From: a virus
Lineage: Duplodnaviria; Caudoviricetes
Virus record (IMG/VR): IMGVR_UViG_3300020409_001194
Span: 1-64,000 of that record
Length of the DNA stretch: 64,000 bases
Strand: one strand, 5' to 3'
Shown here: piece after piece, positions 27,745-38,226 of the stretch
Numbering within the stretch: position 1 is the first letter of the stretch
Layout: each line of letters begins with the position of its first letter
The notes under the pieces: generated by a model
Databases searched by the model: none
What the model was told of the DNA's origin: nothing
The model's input: the letters and a program-made list of their open reading frames with translations, nothing else
Position numbers and translations under genes: made by a program

Positions 27745-28436
27745 TGGCATTACAAGAGTTCAGAGCAAATCTTGGAAGACGTGGATTAGCCAGAAGTAGT
27801 AAGTGGTTAGTTCGTGTATTCCCACCTAGAGGTGTGACTGCATCTGGCGGAGCTCTTGGTAGATTACTTGGTGGTTCATTTGATATTAACTTACCTATAT
27901 TAGATGCTTTAGATGAGACTGTTGGTGTTCTCAATGATATTGATATAGGCCTTGGAGGATTAAATGTAAATTATAATCCTAATATACCAACATTAGGTTT
28001 TGCTTTATCTGGTGAGAATGAAGCATTAAGAACTATAAACTTATTTACTTCAGATGTTGAATTACCTGGTAGAGATGTAAACGAGATTGAAAGAAGAACT
28101 GAAGGTGAAATAAGATCTGTGGGTTATCTACATACTCACCAAAATTTGAATATAAGTTATTACTGTACAGAAAGTCTGGCAGAAAAAGAATTTTTTGAAA
28201 CGTGGCAAGATGTTGTCTATAATAAAGAGCGTGTTGCCAGCGGTTATTATGATGACTATACAAGTCGTATAGAAGTGATTAAATATAATGCAAGTTTCAA
28301 GAAAGACGTTGCTAAATATCAATTTAATGAATGTTATCCAACAAACATTGGTGCAATATCATTAGATAGTATTGGTGACGGAGTTGTGAAACTGCAAATG
28401 CAGTTTAAATTTAGAAACTATGATAGGATAAAATAA
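27744..28436 (+). CDS. gp54: Baseplate tail-tube initiator
   Basis: GLAR.SKW.V, VELPGR, FFETWQD, GYYDDY, ECYP.NIG, L.MQF.FR. Confidence 0.7.
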   Translation: MALQEFRANLGRRGLARSSKWLVRVFPPRGVTASGGALGRLLGGSFDINLPILDALDETVGVLNDIDIGLGGLNVNYNPNIPTLGFALSGENEALRTINLFTSDVELPGRDVNEIERRTEGEIRSVGYLHTHQNLNISYYCTESLAEKEFFETWQDVVYNKERVASGYYDDYTSRIEVIKYNASFKKDVAKYQFNECYPTNIGAISLDSIGDGVVKLQMQFKFRNYDRIK

Positions 28437-29143
28437 TGAGCGAAATTAGTCGTATAAAAATATCGACTCCTGAATATGATGAAATTTTACCTTCTACACA
28501 AGAAGCGATAAAAATCAAACCATTCAGAGTAGCCGATGAAAAAACTCTATTGATCGCATCAGAGAGTAAAAACAATAAACAAATGGTTAATGCCATGAAA
28601 AAGATTGTTAGTAATTCTGTCGTCGATGATATTGATGTTGAGAAGTTCGCCCCACATGATTTTGAGTATCTGTTCTTAAAGATCAGAGCAAAGTCTGTAG
28701 GTGAAGTTTCAAAATTAAAGATACCTTGTTCACAGTGTGAAACAAAGAATGAAGTTGATTTTGATTTAGAATCAGTTGAAGTACATCAAGACGAGAAGTT
28801 CTCAAACGTCTTAACAATAAATGATAGGCTTTCATTCCAAATGAAATACCTTAATTTAGAAGACGTCATGGCAATGGACCCAGATATAAAACAATCTGAA
28901 ATGTTTAATGTTATTGCACAAGCAATTGATGTTATTGTTTATGAAGATGAAACAATTAATGTTGGCAAAGCTGAGAGAAAAGAAGCTCAAGACTTAATTG
29001 AGAGTCTTACATCAAAAGACTTTGAGAAGTTTGTTAAATACTTTGAATTGATGCCACATGTAAGAGGTATAGCAAACTTTACATGTTCTAATTGTGGTCA
29101 TGTTAATGACCATGAGATAAGAGGAATGCAAAATTTTTTTTAA
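28436..29143 (+). CDS. gp26: Baseplate hub/assembly protein
   Basis: TPEY...LPST, KPFRV..EK.LLIA.ES, DFEYLFLKIRAKSVGE, CSQC and CSNC, ends GMQNFF. Confidence 0.85.
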   Translation: MSEISRIKISTPEYDEILPSTQEAIKIKPFRVADEKTLLIASESKNNKQMVNAMKKIVSNSVVDDIDVEKFAPHDFEYLFLKIRAKSVGEVSKLKIPCSQCETKNEVDFDLESVEVHQDEKFSNVLTINDRLSFQMKYLNLEDVMAMDPDIKQSEMFNVIAQAIDVIVYEDETINVGKAERKEAQDLIESLTSKDFEKFVKYFELMPHVRGIANFTCSNCGHVNDHEIRGMQNFF

Positions 29144-29340
29144 TAACCCTTTCTCACATTACGTTAGAACATTACTATAAGCTAAACTTCGCGATGAAAC
29201 AACATCACAAGTGGAGCATTGATGAGATCGAAATGATGATACCTTGGGAAAGGGAAATATATGCTGGATTACTTCAACGACATTTAGAAGAAGAGCGTGA
29301 AAGAAATAAAGCGTACGAAGCTAAAATGAAAAGGAAATAA
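29143..29340 (+). CDS. gp51: Baseplate hub assembly catalyst gp51-like (-1 frame relative to gp26)
   Basis: Not in ORF track: ITLSHITLEHYYKLNFAMKQHHKWSIDEIEMMIPWEREIYAGLLQRHLEEERERNK...; first ATG (29194) lies inside the conserved region. Confidence 0.8.
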   Translation: MTLSHITLEHYYKLNFAMKQHHKWSIDEIEMMIPWEREIYAGLLQRHLEEERERNKAYEAKMKRK

Positions 29341-29342
29341 TT

Positions 29343-30143
29343 TTGAAAAATGAATTTAAACATAACATACTTAAAGTCATGGGGATTTTCCAAATCGCTT
29401 TGCCTGTCTTTACTATTGCATGGTTTATTCTTTTTGGTATTGACCCTGTCTTACTAATTGGTGGTATTGCTTTAGGTTATATTTTCTTTATACTCACAAT
29501 GGCTGGGTATCACAGAATTCTAGCTCATAAGATAGTACAGACGCCTCAATGGTTTAAAGCTTTATATAGTTTTGTTGGCTGTTTATCTTTCTCATCACCA
29601 CCAATATCATGGGCTTCTACTCATATTCTACACCACATGTTCTCAGACACTGAAAAGGACCCACATTCTCCTATCTATTTGGGTCCTATCAAAAGTTCTT
29701 TATTTTACTTTCAAACACCATTCGGTGAGATTATGAATAAGCTTACTTTAAGAGAAAAGAAAAGATTTCTTGTAGCAATAAAACATTTAGTAAAAGACCC
29801 AATGCTTATATTCTTTGAAAAGAATTATTTAGTATTGACACTTATGTATGTAATACTTTTAGCTATTATTAGTCCAGCACTAGTGATATATGCTTATTGT
29901 ATTCCAGTAATTTATAGCCACTTTGGTGCTCTGTTAGTGGTGACTAATCATAATGGTGTATTTGGTGGAGAGAGTAGTAGCGATAAACATAGAGCATTCA
30001 ATAAATTTATATTATGGCCACTTGTATATGGTGAACACAATCATTCTGATCATCATGATGCCCCTGGACGCGCGGATGGATTAAATAATCTATTAAGAAG
30101 ATTGTTTGGGAAACAAGGTAAATGGCAGACGAAAGAACTATAG
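29343..30143 (+). CDS. Membrane fatty-acid desaturase (delta-9-like)
   Basis: Three His boxes HRILAH, HILHH, HNHSDHH; DTEKDPHSP; TM segments. Confidence 0.88.
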   Translation: MKNEFKHNILKVMGIFQIALPVFTIAWFILFGIDPVLLIGGIALGYIFFILTMAGYHRILAHKIVQTPQWFKALYSFVGCLSFSSPPISWASTHILHHMFSDTEKDPHSPIYLGPIKSSLFYFQTPFGEIMNKLTLREKKRFLVAIKHLVKDPMLIFFEKNYLVLTLMYVILLAIISPALVIYAYCIPVIYSHFGALLVVTNHNGVFGGESSSDKHRAFNKFILWPLVYGEHNHSDHHDAPGRADGLNNLLRRLFGKQGKWQTKEL

Positions 30144-31837
30144 GTCAAAGAAGAATAGATCAAATAAAAGCTAAAAATCAGGCTGACGAAATAGCTGCGA
30201 TCAAGGGCATTCCTAAACTTTTAAATCAAGTCAATAAAAGATTTGCCGAAGATATACTCGGTAAATTTATCAAAGAAACAAAATCAGGAAATCTTACTTT
30301 AGATAAAGCCGCAATAGAAGCAGACGCGGCAGGTGCTGGAAAAGCAATAAAAGAATTTCAAAAAGAAGGAGCTATAAAAGCTGAGCTAGAGGATTTATCA
30401 GATGATGTAAAAGCAGGTTTCAAAAAATTAGGTGAGGATTCAAAACAATTACAAAAAAGAGATGCTGAAGGTAATAAGAAGTTCTTACAAAAATTATTTG
30501 GAACACCAGGAGATAGAAAACAAGCACAAGCAGAAATGGTAGAATTATTTAAAAGCCTACCAGGAAAAATTACTAATAAACTTGGTGATGTTCTAAAAGG
30601 TGCATTTGCTTCTCTTAAAGATGGTATAGGAACTTTCTTTGATATTATAAAAACTGGTCTATTACTAATTGGTGGTATTGCAGCTTTAGAAAAATTTTCT
30701 GAAGGTTGGGAAAAAGCTACACAATGGATGGGTGCAAACGCAGGTTTTGGTGATAAACTTGCTGCAGGTTTTGCAAATATAGTTGGTTCATTTACGAACA
30801 TGACCGAAGCTGAGACACAAGAACTTGCATTAAAAATGGCTGCTCTTTTTGAAAAAATAGGAAATGTATTCGGGAGAATTATCACGGCATTTACTAATAT
30901 TCTTGGATTTGGTGTTGATGAAGATTCAAGAACTCTTGGTGATAAGATTAAAGATTGGAGTATAGCTATTGGAACATCATTATTATTGTTCACAAATATA
31001 GCTTCTACAATGGCAACAAAAGTTTTAGTTGCATTAGGTAGTTTATTCAAGCAAGTAGTTGTATTTCTTTTTGGAATAATATTTGGAAAGAATAGTTTAT
31101 TGAGAACAAACGCTATACTTGGTGGTAGTAAAATGATGGCTGCACTAAAAGCTCTAAGAGTTGCATCACTTGCATTTTTAACTGTGACAATCCCAGCCAT
31201 GGCAGCTACAGTCGGTGGTTTAGTGATGGCAGTAGGTACATTCTTACTTACAAATCCTATTGGTTGGATAATATTAGCATTGATCGCGGTTGGAACCGCA
31301 CTCTATGTTTTCTGGGACGATATCAAGGCTATGTTCACGGCAGTACAAGATGCTGGTGGTATTTTCATCTATATGAGATTAGCATGGGCAAAAGTGACAG
31401 ATGGATTTGGAAGGTTTGTAAATGGGTTAATTGATTTTTATAATTACATGGTAGATAAAGTAAACTATGTTCTACCTGGACCATTTGAACTAAGTAAAAT
31501 ATCTAGCTCTAAAAGATTTACTACAGATAATGCTAGCAGAATAAGAGCTGAAATGCAAGCAAATCGTGAAGAAGCAGAACAGACAAGAAATTTAGAAGCT
31601 GCAACTCAGGAAAGACAAAACAATGTACCTGGTGGTGGTATGGAAGATTTAACTGCACAAATGGCAGACTTTGAGGCACAAATGCAGGGATTCAATTTGG
31701 AGAATATGGGTACTGGTAATATGGAATTAGCAATGCCAGTAATTAATAATCAGAGTCAGACAACTAACATAACACAGAGTGTGTTAAAAACAAGACCTGG
31801 TTATACATTAGATTTTAATGGTGCTTATAGCTACTAA
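30122..31837 (+). CDS. Tape-measure-like / gp29-like hub protein
   Basis: 571 aa, helical, Ala/Gly rich, hydrophobic stretch, LTNPIGWIILALIA; follows gp26/gp51. Confidence 0.6.
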   Translation: MADERTIGQRRIDQIKAKNQADEIAAIKGIPKLLNQVNKRFAEDILGKFIKETKSGNLTLDKAAIEADAAGAGKAIKEFQKEGAIKAELEDLSDDVKAGFKKLGEDSKQLQKRDAEGNKKFLQKLFGTPGDRKQAQAEMVELFKSLPGKITNKLGDVLKGAFASLKDGIGTFFDIIKTGLLLIGGIAALEKFSEGWEKATQWMGANAGFGDKLAAGFANIVGSFTNMTEAETQELALKMAALFEKIGNVFGRIITAFTNILGFGVDEDSRTLGDKIKDWSIAIGTSLLLFTNIASTMATKVLVALGSLFKQVVVFLFGIIFGKNSLLRTNAILGGSKMMAALKALRVASLAFLTVTIPAMAATVGGLVMAVGTFLLTNPIGWIILALIAVGTALYVFWDDIKAMFTAVQDAGGIFIYMRLAWAKVTDGFGRFVNGLIDFYNYMVDKVNYVLPGPFELSKISSSKRFTTDNASRIRAEMQANREEAEQTRNLEAATQERQNNVPGGGMEDLTAQMADFEAQMQGFNLENMGTGNMELAMPVINNQSQTTNITQSVLKTRPGYTLDFNGAYSY

Positions 31838-32376
31838 GATCTTCTCTTTGGTCGAGTATATTTTCGTACAGTCTTATTACCAGCAGATTTAGATAATCTT
31901 TTCTCAGCAAGTAAAACACTCTTAGGAACTTCCCAAGATAGTATTCCCATTTTTTGTAATTCTACTTCAGTCCAAATTTCAAACTTTAAACCATTCTTCA
32001 TGCAAGCATTGTTGGCGTTCTTCCATTTTTCTGAGTTGATTGCAAACCTAGCGGTCTCTTCAATCCACTTTTTAGACTTTCTCTTAGGTGATACGGGTGC
32101 TACAGTTTCTTTTTTTGGCTTTACTTCAATTACCTTTGTAGTACCATCTCTGAATTTTATATAGAAATCTGGATAATATCTAGCTCTTTTACCTGTGACA
32201 GGGTGTTGATATGGTATAGCTATCTCTTCACTAGCCCATTCAAGAACATCAATATTCTCATCACACCACTTCATAACGTTTCTTTCCCATAAAGATCTAT
32301 ATAAAATCTTCTTAGGATCACCGGCATATTTGTCTGGATTATCTAGTGATGTAAATTTTCCTCTGTACGTTGCCAT
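31834..32376 (-). CDS. gp4: Head completion nuclease
   Basis: YRGKF...NPDKY.GD, YRSLWER..MKWCD, WASEE..IPY, YYPDF, IEVKP, N.EKW. Confidence 0.92.
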   Translation of the reverse strand: MATYRGKFTSLDNPDKYAGDPKKILYRSLWERNVMKWCDENIDVLEWASEEIAIPYQHPVTGKRARYYPDFYIKFRDGTTKVIEVKPKKETVAPVSPKRKSKKWIEETARFAINSEKWKNANNACMKNGLKFEIWTEVELQKMGILSWEVPKSVLLAEKRLSKSAGNKTVRKYTRPKRRS

Positions 32377-32416
32377 AATAAATATCTATATTAGTAATTA
32401 CTAGGATATTTATTAC

Positions 32417-33517
32417 ATGCCAAAAGATTTTTACAGCCTAAGATACCCAGAAGATCTTGGAACGGATGCTTCACCTAATTATGTGACATTCTCGCCAATG
32501 GATATGAAATATGCACCAACTGAATATGGTAATCCAGTCGATCGCGGCAGTGGTGGTCTATTTGGTGGTGGAGGCGGTGGTGGTCTTGACATAGACTTAG
32601 GTGCTGGTAATCCATTTTCACAACTAGCAAATGCCGTTGGTGGTCAACTAACTAGTCTTGCAGATGCAGCGCTAGATTCAATTGATGCTATCGGTAGTAT
32701 ATTTGAATCTGGTTCCTTATCAAGTGCAGCAACAGCATTTGGTAAGATAGTAAATGGTAAGGTACGTATTGGAGATTTTATAGTTTCATCTGGAATTAAG
32801 ACAGATGCACCACAACTAAATACATTAGGTTCTATATCTTTATATCTACCACAACAACTTACATCTAATACAAGTGCTAACTATGAGAATAAAGAATTAG
32901 GTGCCGTAGGTCAAGTTGCACTTGAAGGTTCTATATCAGATCAATCAGGTGTTGGTAATTTTGCAAAAGCACTTATTGGTGAAACAGTAAAAAGAAGCGG
33001 TCAGTTAGGAGATATATTAGCTATACAACAAGGTGCAATTGTAAATCCATATTCATATCAGGTATTTGGTGGAATGCAACACAGACAATTCTCATATACA
33101 TTTGACTTTGTACCTAAAAATAAAAAAGAAGCACAAGAAGTTGCTAATATATGTGATATGTTTTTATTTCATATGCTTCCAGCAAGAGGTATGCCTGGAA
33201 AAGAACAAGATGATAAGGTTGCAACTGCTGAATCTTTCCAAGAAGTTGAAGGTGAAGATAATCTTTCAGCAACAGGAGAACTTTTAGAGAGCAAACATTT
33301 CTTAAAAATGCCATGTCAGTGGGATATTACATATTACAGAAATGGTAATAGATTATCAAACTACATACAAGAACCTAATAGATGTTTTTTAGATTCATGT
33401 AATATTACTTATGGTGGAGATTCACAAAATCTTTTACATACTGATGGTGCACCAGTAAAAACTACTATGGAACTAAGTTTTACTGAGATAGAACCATTAG
33501 TTCAGGGTGCAACATAA
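32417..33517 (+). CDS. gp48: Baseplate tail-tube cap
   Basis: LRYPED, ISLYLP, NPY...F.G...R.F.Y.FDF.PKN..EA, G.PV...MELSFTEIE. Confidence 0.8.
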   Translation: MPKDFYSLRYPEDLGTDASPNYVTFSPMDMKYAPTEYGNPVDRGSGGLFGGGGGGGLDIDLGAGNPFSQLANAVGGQLTSLADAALDSIDAIGSIFESGSLSSAATAFGKIVNGKVRIGDFIVSSGIKTDAPQLNTLGSISLYLPQQLTSNTSANYENKELGAVGQVALEGSISDQSGVGNFAKALIGETVKRSGQLGDILAIQQGAIVNPYSYQVFGGMQHRQFSYTFDFVPKNKKEAQEVANICDMFLFHMLPARGMPGKEQDDKVATAESFQEVEGEDNLSATGELLESKHFLKMPCQWDITYYRNGNRLSNYIQEPNRCFLDSCNITYGGDSQNLLHTDGAPVKTTMELSFTEIEPLVQGAT

Positions 33518-34173
33518 TGTCATACTTTCAAAACTTTCAAAGATTAGTATATCAATTTCCTGATGATATAAAAAGAGTTATTACTGATCTATCAATCAGA
33601 CCTAAATTCAGGGATAATGTTTTAGAGAATGCTAATAATTTTGAATTCTATAATTGTAATGATGGAGATACACCAGAGATTATTGCTTATGAACAATATG
33701 GTGATTCTAATATGCATTGGGCAATATTAATTGCAAACAATGTTATGAGTATCTATAATGATTGGGTGAAAGATCAGGCTCAATTTAAAGAATTTTTATT
33801 TCAAAAATATAAAACACAAACTGATAGTGATGGAGCTACAGTCACTTTAACAAGAACTGGAGTCACAGAGTTTACACAATTTGTTGGTACATCTTCAAAT
33901 GATTTTTCTAGCTATGTGACTGGTACAACTGTAAGAACTAGACCATCTCATTTTGAGGATACAAATAAAGTTTATTACTCTTATGATAGTATTGTAAATA
34001 ATGGTTCTGGTAAAGATGCATTTGGAAATGGAATATCCTATCCAACTGTATCTCCAGTATCGATAGAAACTGTAGAAGATAGATTGAATGAAGAAAAAAG
34101 AACTATCATTATTCCTACAGAAGAAGTAGTCGAGAAAATGCGTAAAGAAATCAAAGAGTATGTAAATGGATAA
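33517..34173 (+). CDS. gp53: Baseplate wedge protein
   Basis: MSYFQNF, DGDTPEIIA..QYGDS..HW.IL.AN, E.RLNEEKR.I. Confidence 0.88.
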   Translation: MSYFQNFQRLVYQFPDDIKRVITDLSIRPKFRDNVLENANNFEFYNCNDGDTPEIIAYEQYGDSNMHWAILIANNVMSIYNDWVKDQAQFKEFLFQKYKTQTDSDGATVTLTRTGVTEFTQFVGTSSNDFSSYVTGTTVRTRPSHFEDTNKVYYSYDSIVNNGSGKDAFGNGISYPTVSPVSIETVEDRLNEEKRTIIIPTEEVVEKMRKEIKEYVNG

Positions 34174-35353
34174 TCACTCAGGAAAGTCAGGAAATTTTCC
34201 AGGAAAATGGGAACTTAAAAAAGCTGAAGTAATCAGAGGCGCAGATAGTCTAGAGATTACAAAACTTGTCTCAGAGTTCAATGTATATGCATCAATAATA
34301 GACCCAACAATAGTTGGTGAATTATTAGTTATTGATGGTAGAAATGTATTATCTGGTCTACCTGTTCAAGGTGGAGATCTTGTAAAACTATCAATAGACA
34401 TTACTGGTGAAATCAGAGAATATACTTTGAGAATTGCACAGATTAAAAATATTAGTGATTTAGAAACTCAGAGAATGTATATTATACAGTGTGTATCAAA
34501 TCTATTCTTTGAAAGCTTTCATCATAAATTATCGCAATCTTTTGAAGGTCCACTAAATGATATAGCATTTAAGATATATGAAAAATATACAGATGAACCA
34601 TTTGGAATTTTTGAAGCTTCTAAGGGTAGTGAAACAATAATAATACCAAATTGGAATCCAATTAAAGCATTAACCTGGTTAGCCGCTAGAGCTGAATCGC
34701 TCGAACAACAAGTAAGATTTAGATTCTTTCAAGATACAAAAGGTTTTTATAACTTTATGCCTATAGAAAAAGCACTTACTAATTATAAAGATAATCCACC
34801 ATTTGAATTTGTTTATCGTGGAAATGCAAGCGGTGATAAAGATTTTTTTGCTATAAAGAATCTTGTTTTTAATCCAGCATCTTATGATTTAGGTAAAGCT
34901 TTGAGAGAGGGATATTTAAAAGGCAGAGCATTTGATATTAATATCTCGAAAAAAACTTTAGGTATCGTTGATTATGATTACTTTAAAGAATTTGATAAGA
35001 AAGATTACCTTAACGACTATCCAAGTTATTATAAACAAGATTTTGGTGTTGGTAAAATTAAAATGGATTTAAGTACCGCTGGTAGTAAGAAAACAAACGT
35101 ATCAGATTTAAAAAGAACTTCAGTCACAGATTATAATCAGATGGTACAAATTACTATATTTGGAAACTCAGAAATTGATGTTGGTCAAGTTGTAGAACTA
35201 GATATTCCAAATCCAGACCCAGGTAATAATAAAGAACAAGATAAACTGTGGGCTGGTAAATATTATGTAATAGGCAAAAGAGATCTTTATACAGGTGACA
35301 ACTGTTCAATGGTTCTTGATTGTGCAAAAGAAAGTATGGGTATAGAGTTATGA
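34166..35353 (+). CDS. Baseplate hub protein (gp27-like)
   Basis: IIIPNWNP..A..WL, F.FFQ...G.YNF, GKYYV; between gp53 and gp5. Confidence 0.6.
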   Translation: MDNHSGKSGNFPGKWELKKAEVIRGADSLEITKLVSEFNVYASIIDPTIVGELLVIDGRNVLSGLPVQGGDLVKLSIDITGEIREYTLRIAQIKNISDLETQRMYIIQCVSNLFFESFHHKLSQSFEGPLNDIAFKIYEKYTDEPFGIFEASKGSETIIIPNWNPIKALTWLAARAESLEQQVRFRFFQDTKGFYNFMPIEKALTNYKDNPPFEFVYRGNASGDKDFFAIKNLVFNPASYDLGKALREGYLKGRAFDINISKKTLGIVDYDYFKEFDKKDYLNDYPSYYKQDFGVGKIKMDLSTAGSKKTNVSDLKRTSVTDYNQMVQITIFGNSEIDVGQVVELDIPNPDPGNNKEQDKLWAGKYYVIGKRDLYTGDNCSMVLDCAKESMGIEL

Positions 35354-36627
35354 TGTTAGATGGAAAAATGTATTGGTTTACTGGTGTCGTTGAAGATAGA
35401 AATGACCCGATGTCTATGGGTAGAGTAAAAGTAAGAGTACATGGTATACACACAGATGATAAAGCCTTAATTCCTACAGAAGATCTACCATGGTCTCATG
35501 TAATGACACCTATAACATCTTCTTCTCTTGGTGGTATAGGTACATCAGCAACTGGTATACAAGAAGGTTCTTGGGTCATAGGTTATTTTTATGATGGTGC
35601 AGATATGCAAGAGAATATTATTCTTGGTACACTACCATCCAGACCATATAAACCTAATCCTGAACTTGGATTTTACGATCCTACAGGTATCAATCCAATA
35701 AGAAATACTGGTGTAGACACACCATTCTCTGCTACGGATGAATTTGATAATCATGTTTCATATATAACGAAGGTTGATTTAAGACAAGATAAAGTAGAGA
35801 CGGCTATTCCACCATTTTTAAAAACAGTAAGTATAGATGAAGAAGACGATCCTAAATTTGAAAGAAAAACATGGAATAGTCCAAAAGTACAAAGAGATAA
35901 GGAGCCAATATATCCATTTAATAAAGTGACTGAAACAGAACGAGGTCACGTATTTGAAGTAGATGATACACCAACAAATGAAAGAATATCCATGTTTCAT
36001 AGAACTGGTACAAACTTTGAAATTCAAGATAATGGTGATATGACATCCACAGTGGTGGGTGATAACTATACGGTGATATTTGGTAGTGATAGAATATATG
36101 TAAAAGGTAATGTAGATATTACAATTGATGGAGATGTAAGAGAACTAATTAAAGGTAATTATCATTTAGAAGTAGAGAAAGATTATACAGTAAATGTAAA
36201 AGGTTCTCGTAATACTGCAATAGGTAATAATGAATTAATTGAAATTGGTCAGGCATACTCAGCTAATATCACAAATGACTATACAACAAGAATTGGTGGT
36301 CATGAAATAAGAATTGTAGACAAATCAAGAAACACAACAATCGGTGATTCAGAAGATTTAACAGTCACAACAAATATGAATGAGATAGTTTCTGGTAAGA
36401 GAGATATGTTTACTAAACTAGGTCATACTCATATAGTCACCGATAAATTAAATATATCAGCATTGGATGATATTACGATTGGTACAAAAGCCAATCATAT
36501 TGAAACAATTAAAGGTAATAGAACAGAAAACATAACAGGCGACGTAAGCGAAACAGTAGGTGGAAATGTCACCGAAGCTATTACCGGAAACTTGGATATT
36601 GATGCCGCCAGAATTGATTTGAACTAA
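35350..36627 (+). CDS. gp5: Baseplate central spike gp5 without lysozyme domain
   Basis: WFTGVVEDRNDP..MGRVKVRV.G.H, YPFNKV.ETE.GH.FE.DDTP, HRTGT, VxG beta-helix repeats, ends RIDLN. Confidence 0.92.
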   Translation: MMLDGKMYWFTGVVEDRNDPMSMGRVKVRVHGIHTDDKALIPTEDLPWSHVMTPITSSSLGGIGTSATGIQEGSWVIGYFYDGADMQENIILGTLPSRPYKPNPELGFYDPTGINPIRNTGVDTPFSATDEFDNHVSYITKVDLRQDKVETAIPPFLKTVSIDEEDDPKFERKTWNSPKVQRDKEPIYPFNKVTETERGHVFEVDDTPTNERISMFHRTGTNFEIQDNGDMTSTVVGDNYTVIFGSDRIYVKGNVDITIDGDVRELIKGNYHLEVEKDYTVNVKGSRNTAIGNNELIEIGQAYSANITNDYTTRIGGHEIRIVDKSRNTTIGDSEDLTVTTNMNEIVSGKRDMFTKLGHTHIVTDKLNISALDDITIGTKANHIETIKGNRTENITGDVSETVGGNVTEAITGNLDIDAARIDLN

Positions 36628-37013
36628 TGAATGAACTTTTAAACTCAGAGTTATTAAGTGTTTGGAACTTGCTCGGTCCATGGGCTGCTATTATAGGTTC
36701 TATAATTGTTGGTATGTGGATAAGAGATTGGTCTACAGGATTTGCAAAAGGTGCTCGATTCAGAATGAGTAAATCTTTTAATGAAGGTGATAAGGTAATA
36801 TTAGATGGTTGTCCAGCACTTATCATTAAGATTGGATTTACTGAATCGGTATTTGGTGTATACAATAAAGATGGATATACATGGAGATATGTACAGAACG
36901 AGAGAATACCATTTCTTAAATTAGAAAAGATAGTAGATAAAGATTTACTTCACAAGAAAAATGGTATAAGATTAGCAGAACTTGAGGCTGGAAAAAGTGG
37001 CAAAGAAAAATAA
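36627..37013 (+). CDS. Small membrane protein, MscS beta-domain-like
   Basis: One TM then FNEGDKVILDG...I.KIG...T.F...YV.N. Confidence 0.5.
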   Translation: MNELLNSELLSVWNLLGPWAAIIGSIIVGMWIRDWSTGFAKGARFRMSKSFNEGDKVILDGCPALIIKIGFTESVFGVYNKDGYTWRYVQNERIPFLKLEKIVDKDLLHKKNGIRLAELEAGKSGKEK

Positions 37014-37557
37014 GATTCTACCAAAATTAGCTGTAGCATATATTGATATGCCTGAACCAGAAAAAATTACTGAGGATAGTGTATTATATGTTATGGATGA
37101 GATTGAAACCAGAACACCTTTTTGGGAAGCATCTGTAGCGGCACATGATGAGAATCCATCTTATGCAGTAGAACAATTTTGTGAAGAACATGGTTTGAAG
37201 TTTCCATCTGAAAAGGTAAAACTTCTAGAAGATGAATCAATAGATACTATTAAGTTCTTTAAGAGAAAGTTTTCAAAGGATAGACCTTATGAAGCCGCTA
37301 GAAAAATGGGATTACCAGAACTAGATAGATTACCTAGTAAGACAAATAAAACAAGGTCATATCCTAGCGGTCATTCAACTCAAGGATATCTATCAGGTTT
37401 ATATGTTGCTGGTCTATATCCAGATTATGCAGATGGTTTAATAACCGCAGGTTTAGAATGTGGTATTGGTAGAATTAAGGCTGGCTTTCATTATTTGAAT
37501 GACCATCATGGTGGTATACATTTAGCAGAACAGTTGTATAGGTTAATAAAGAAATGA
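36982..37557 (+). CDS. PAP2/acid phosphatase superfamily protein
   Basis: K......RP, SYPSGH, R...GFHY..D. Confidence 0.85.
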   Translation: MRLEKVAKKNKILPKLAVAYIDMPEPEKITEDSVLYVMDEIETRTPFWEASVAAHDENPSYAVEQFCEEHGLKFPSEKVKLLEDESIDTIKFFKRKFSKDRPYEAARKMGLPELDRLPSKTNKTRSYPSGHSTQGYLSGLYVAGLYPDYADGLITAGLECGIGRIKAGFHYLNDHHGGIHLAEQLYRLIKK

Positions 37558-38159
37558 AGAGTTTTACTGAAGTACTAGAAGAAGCAGCTGGTAAAGGTTT
37601 AACTGTATTTGATATAGATGATACATTATTTAGAACTGCTGCAAAAGTAAAAGTTAGAAATAAAAAAACAGGTGATGTAAAAGAGCTACCACCAGTTCAA
37701 TTTAATAAGTACAAACTGAAGAAAGATGAAGAGTGGGATTTTGGTGAGTTTAAATCTGCAAAGATATTTCAACAGACGGCAATGCCTATTGGAAGAATGG
37801 TAAAGAAGGCTAAAGCTATTATTAGAAATGCTACTAAGCGTGGTTCTAAAGTAATTATTATTACAGCTCGTTCTGACATGGACGATAGAGACTTATTCTT
37901 AGATACTTTCCGCGCGCATGGAATAGACATTGATAAGGTACATGTAGAAAGAGCTGGTAATCTTGGTGGTAGTGCAGCTGCAGCTAAGAAAAAAATATTT
38001 CAAAAGTATCTTAATTCAGGAGACTTTGAAAGAGTAAGATTCTTTGATGATGATAAAAATAATTTAAAGAGCTTTCTATCTCTTAAAAAAGAATTTGATA
38101 AGGTAGATTTTTCTGCCTTTCAGGTACAAAATAACGGTACAGTTAGGAGTGTAAAATGA
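37554..38159 (+). CDS. HAD-superfamily hydrolase
   Basis: FDIDDTL, ITAR, K, FFDDD..N. Confidence 0.8.
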   Translation: MKSFTEVLEEAAGKGLTVFDIDDTLFRTAAKVKVRNKKTGDVKELPPVQFNKYKLKKDEEWDFGEFKSAKIFQQTAMPIGRMVKKAKAIIRNATKRGSKVIIITARSDMDDRDLFLDTFRAHGIDIDKVHVERAGNLGGSAAAAKKKIFQKYLNSGDFERVRFFDDDKNNLKSFLSLKKEFDKVDFSAFQVQNNGTVRSVK

Positions 38160-38226
38160 CATTTGCAATTATGATAGGAATTACTATTATTATGTTATGG
38201 ATTATTAGTTCAGTGGCGGGTATATA

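Noticed and set aside
30358-31200. 280-aa antisense ORF and other antisense ORFs in the track (e.g. 50133-50594, 60527-61021, 12859-13191)
   Set aside because: Shadows of real genes on the opposite strand; no RBS or motifs.
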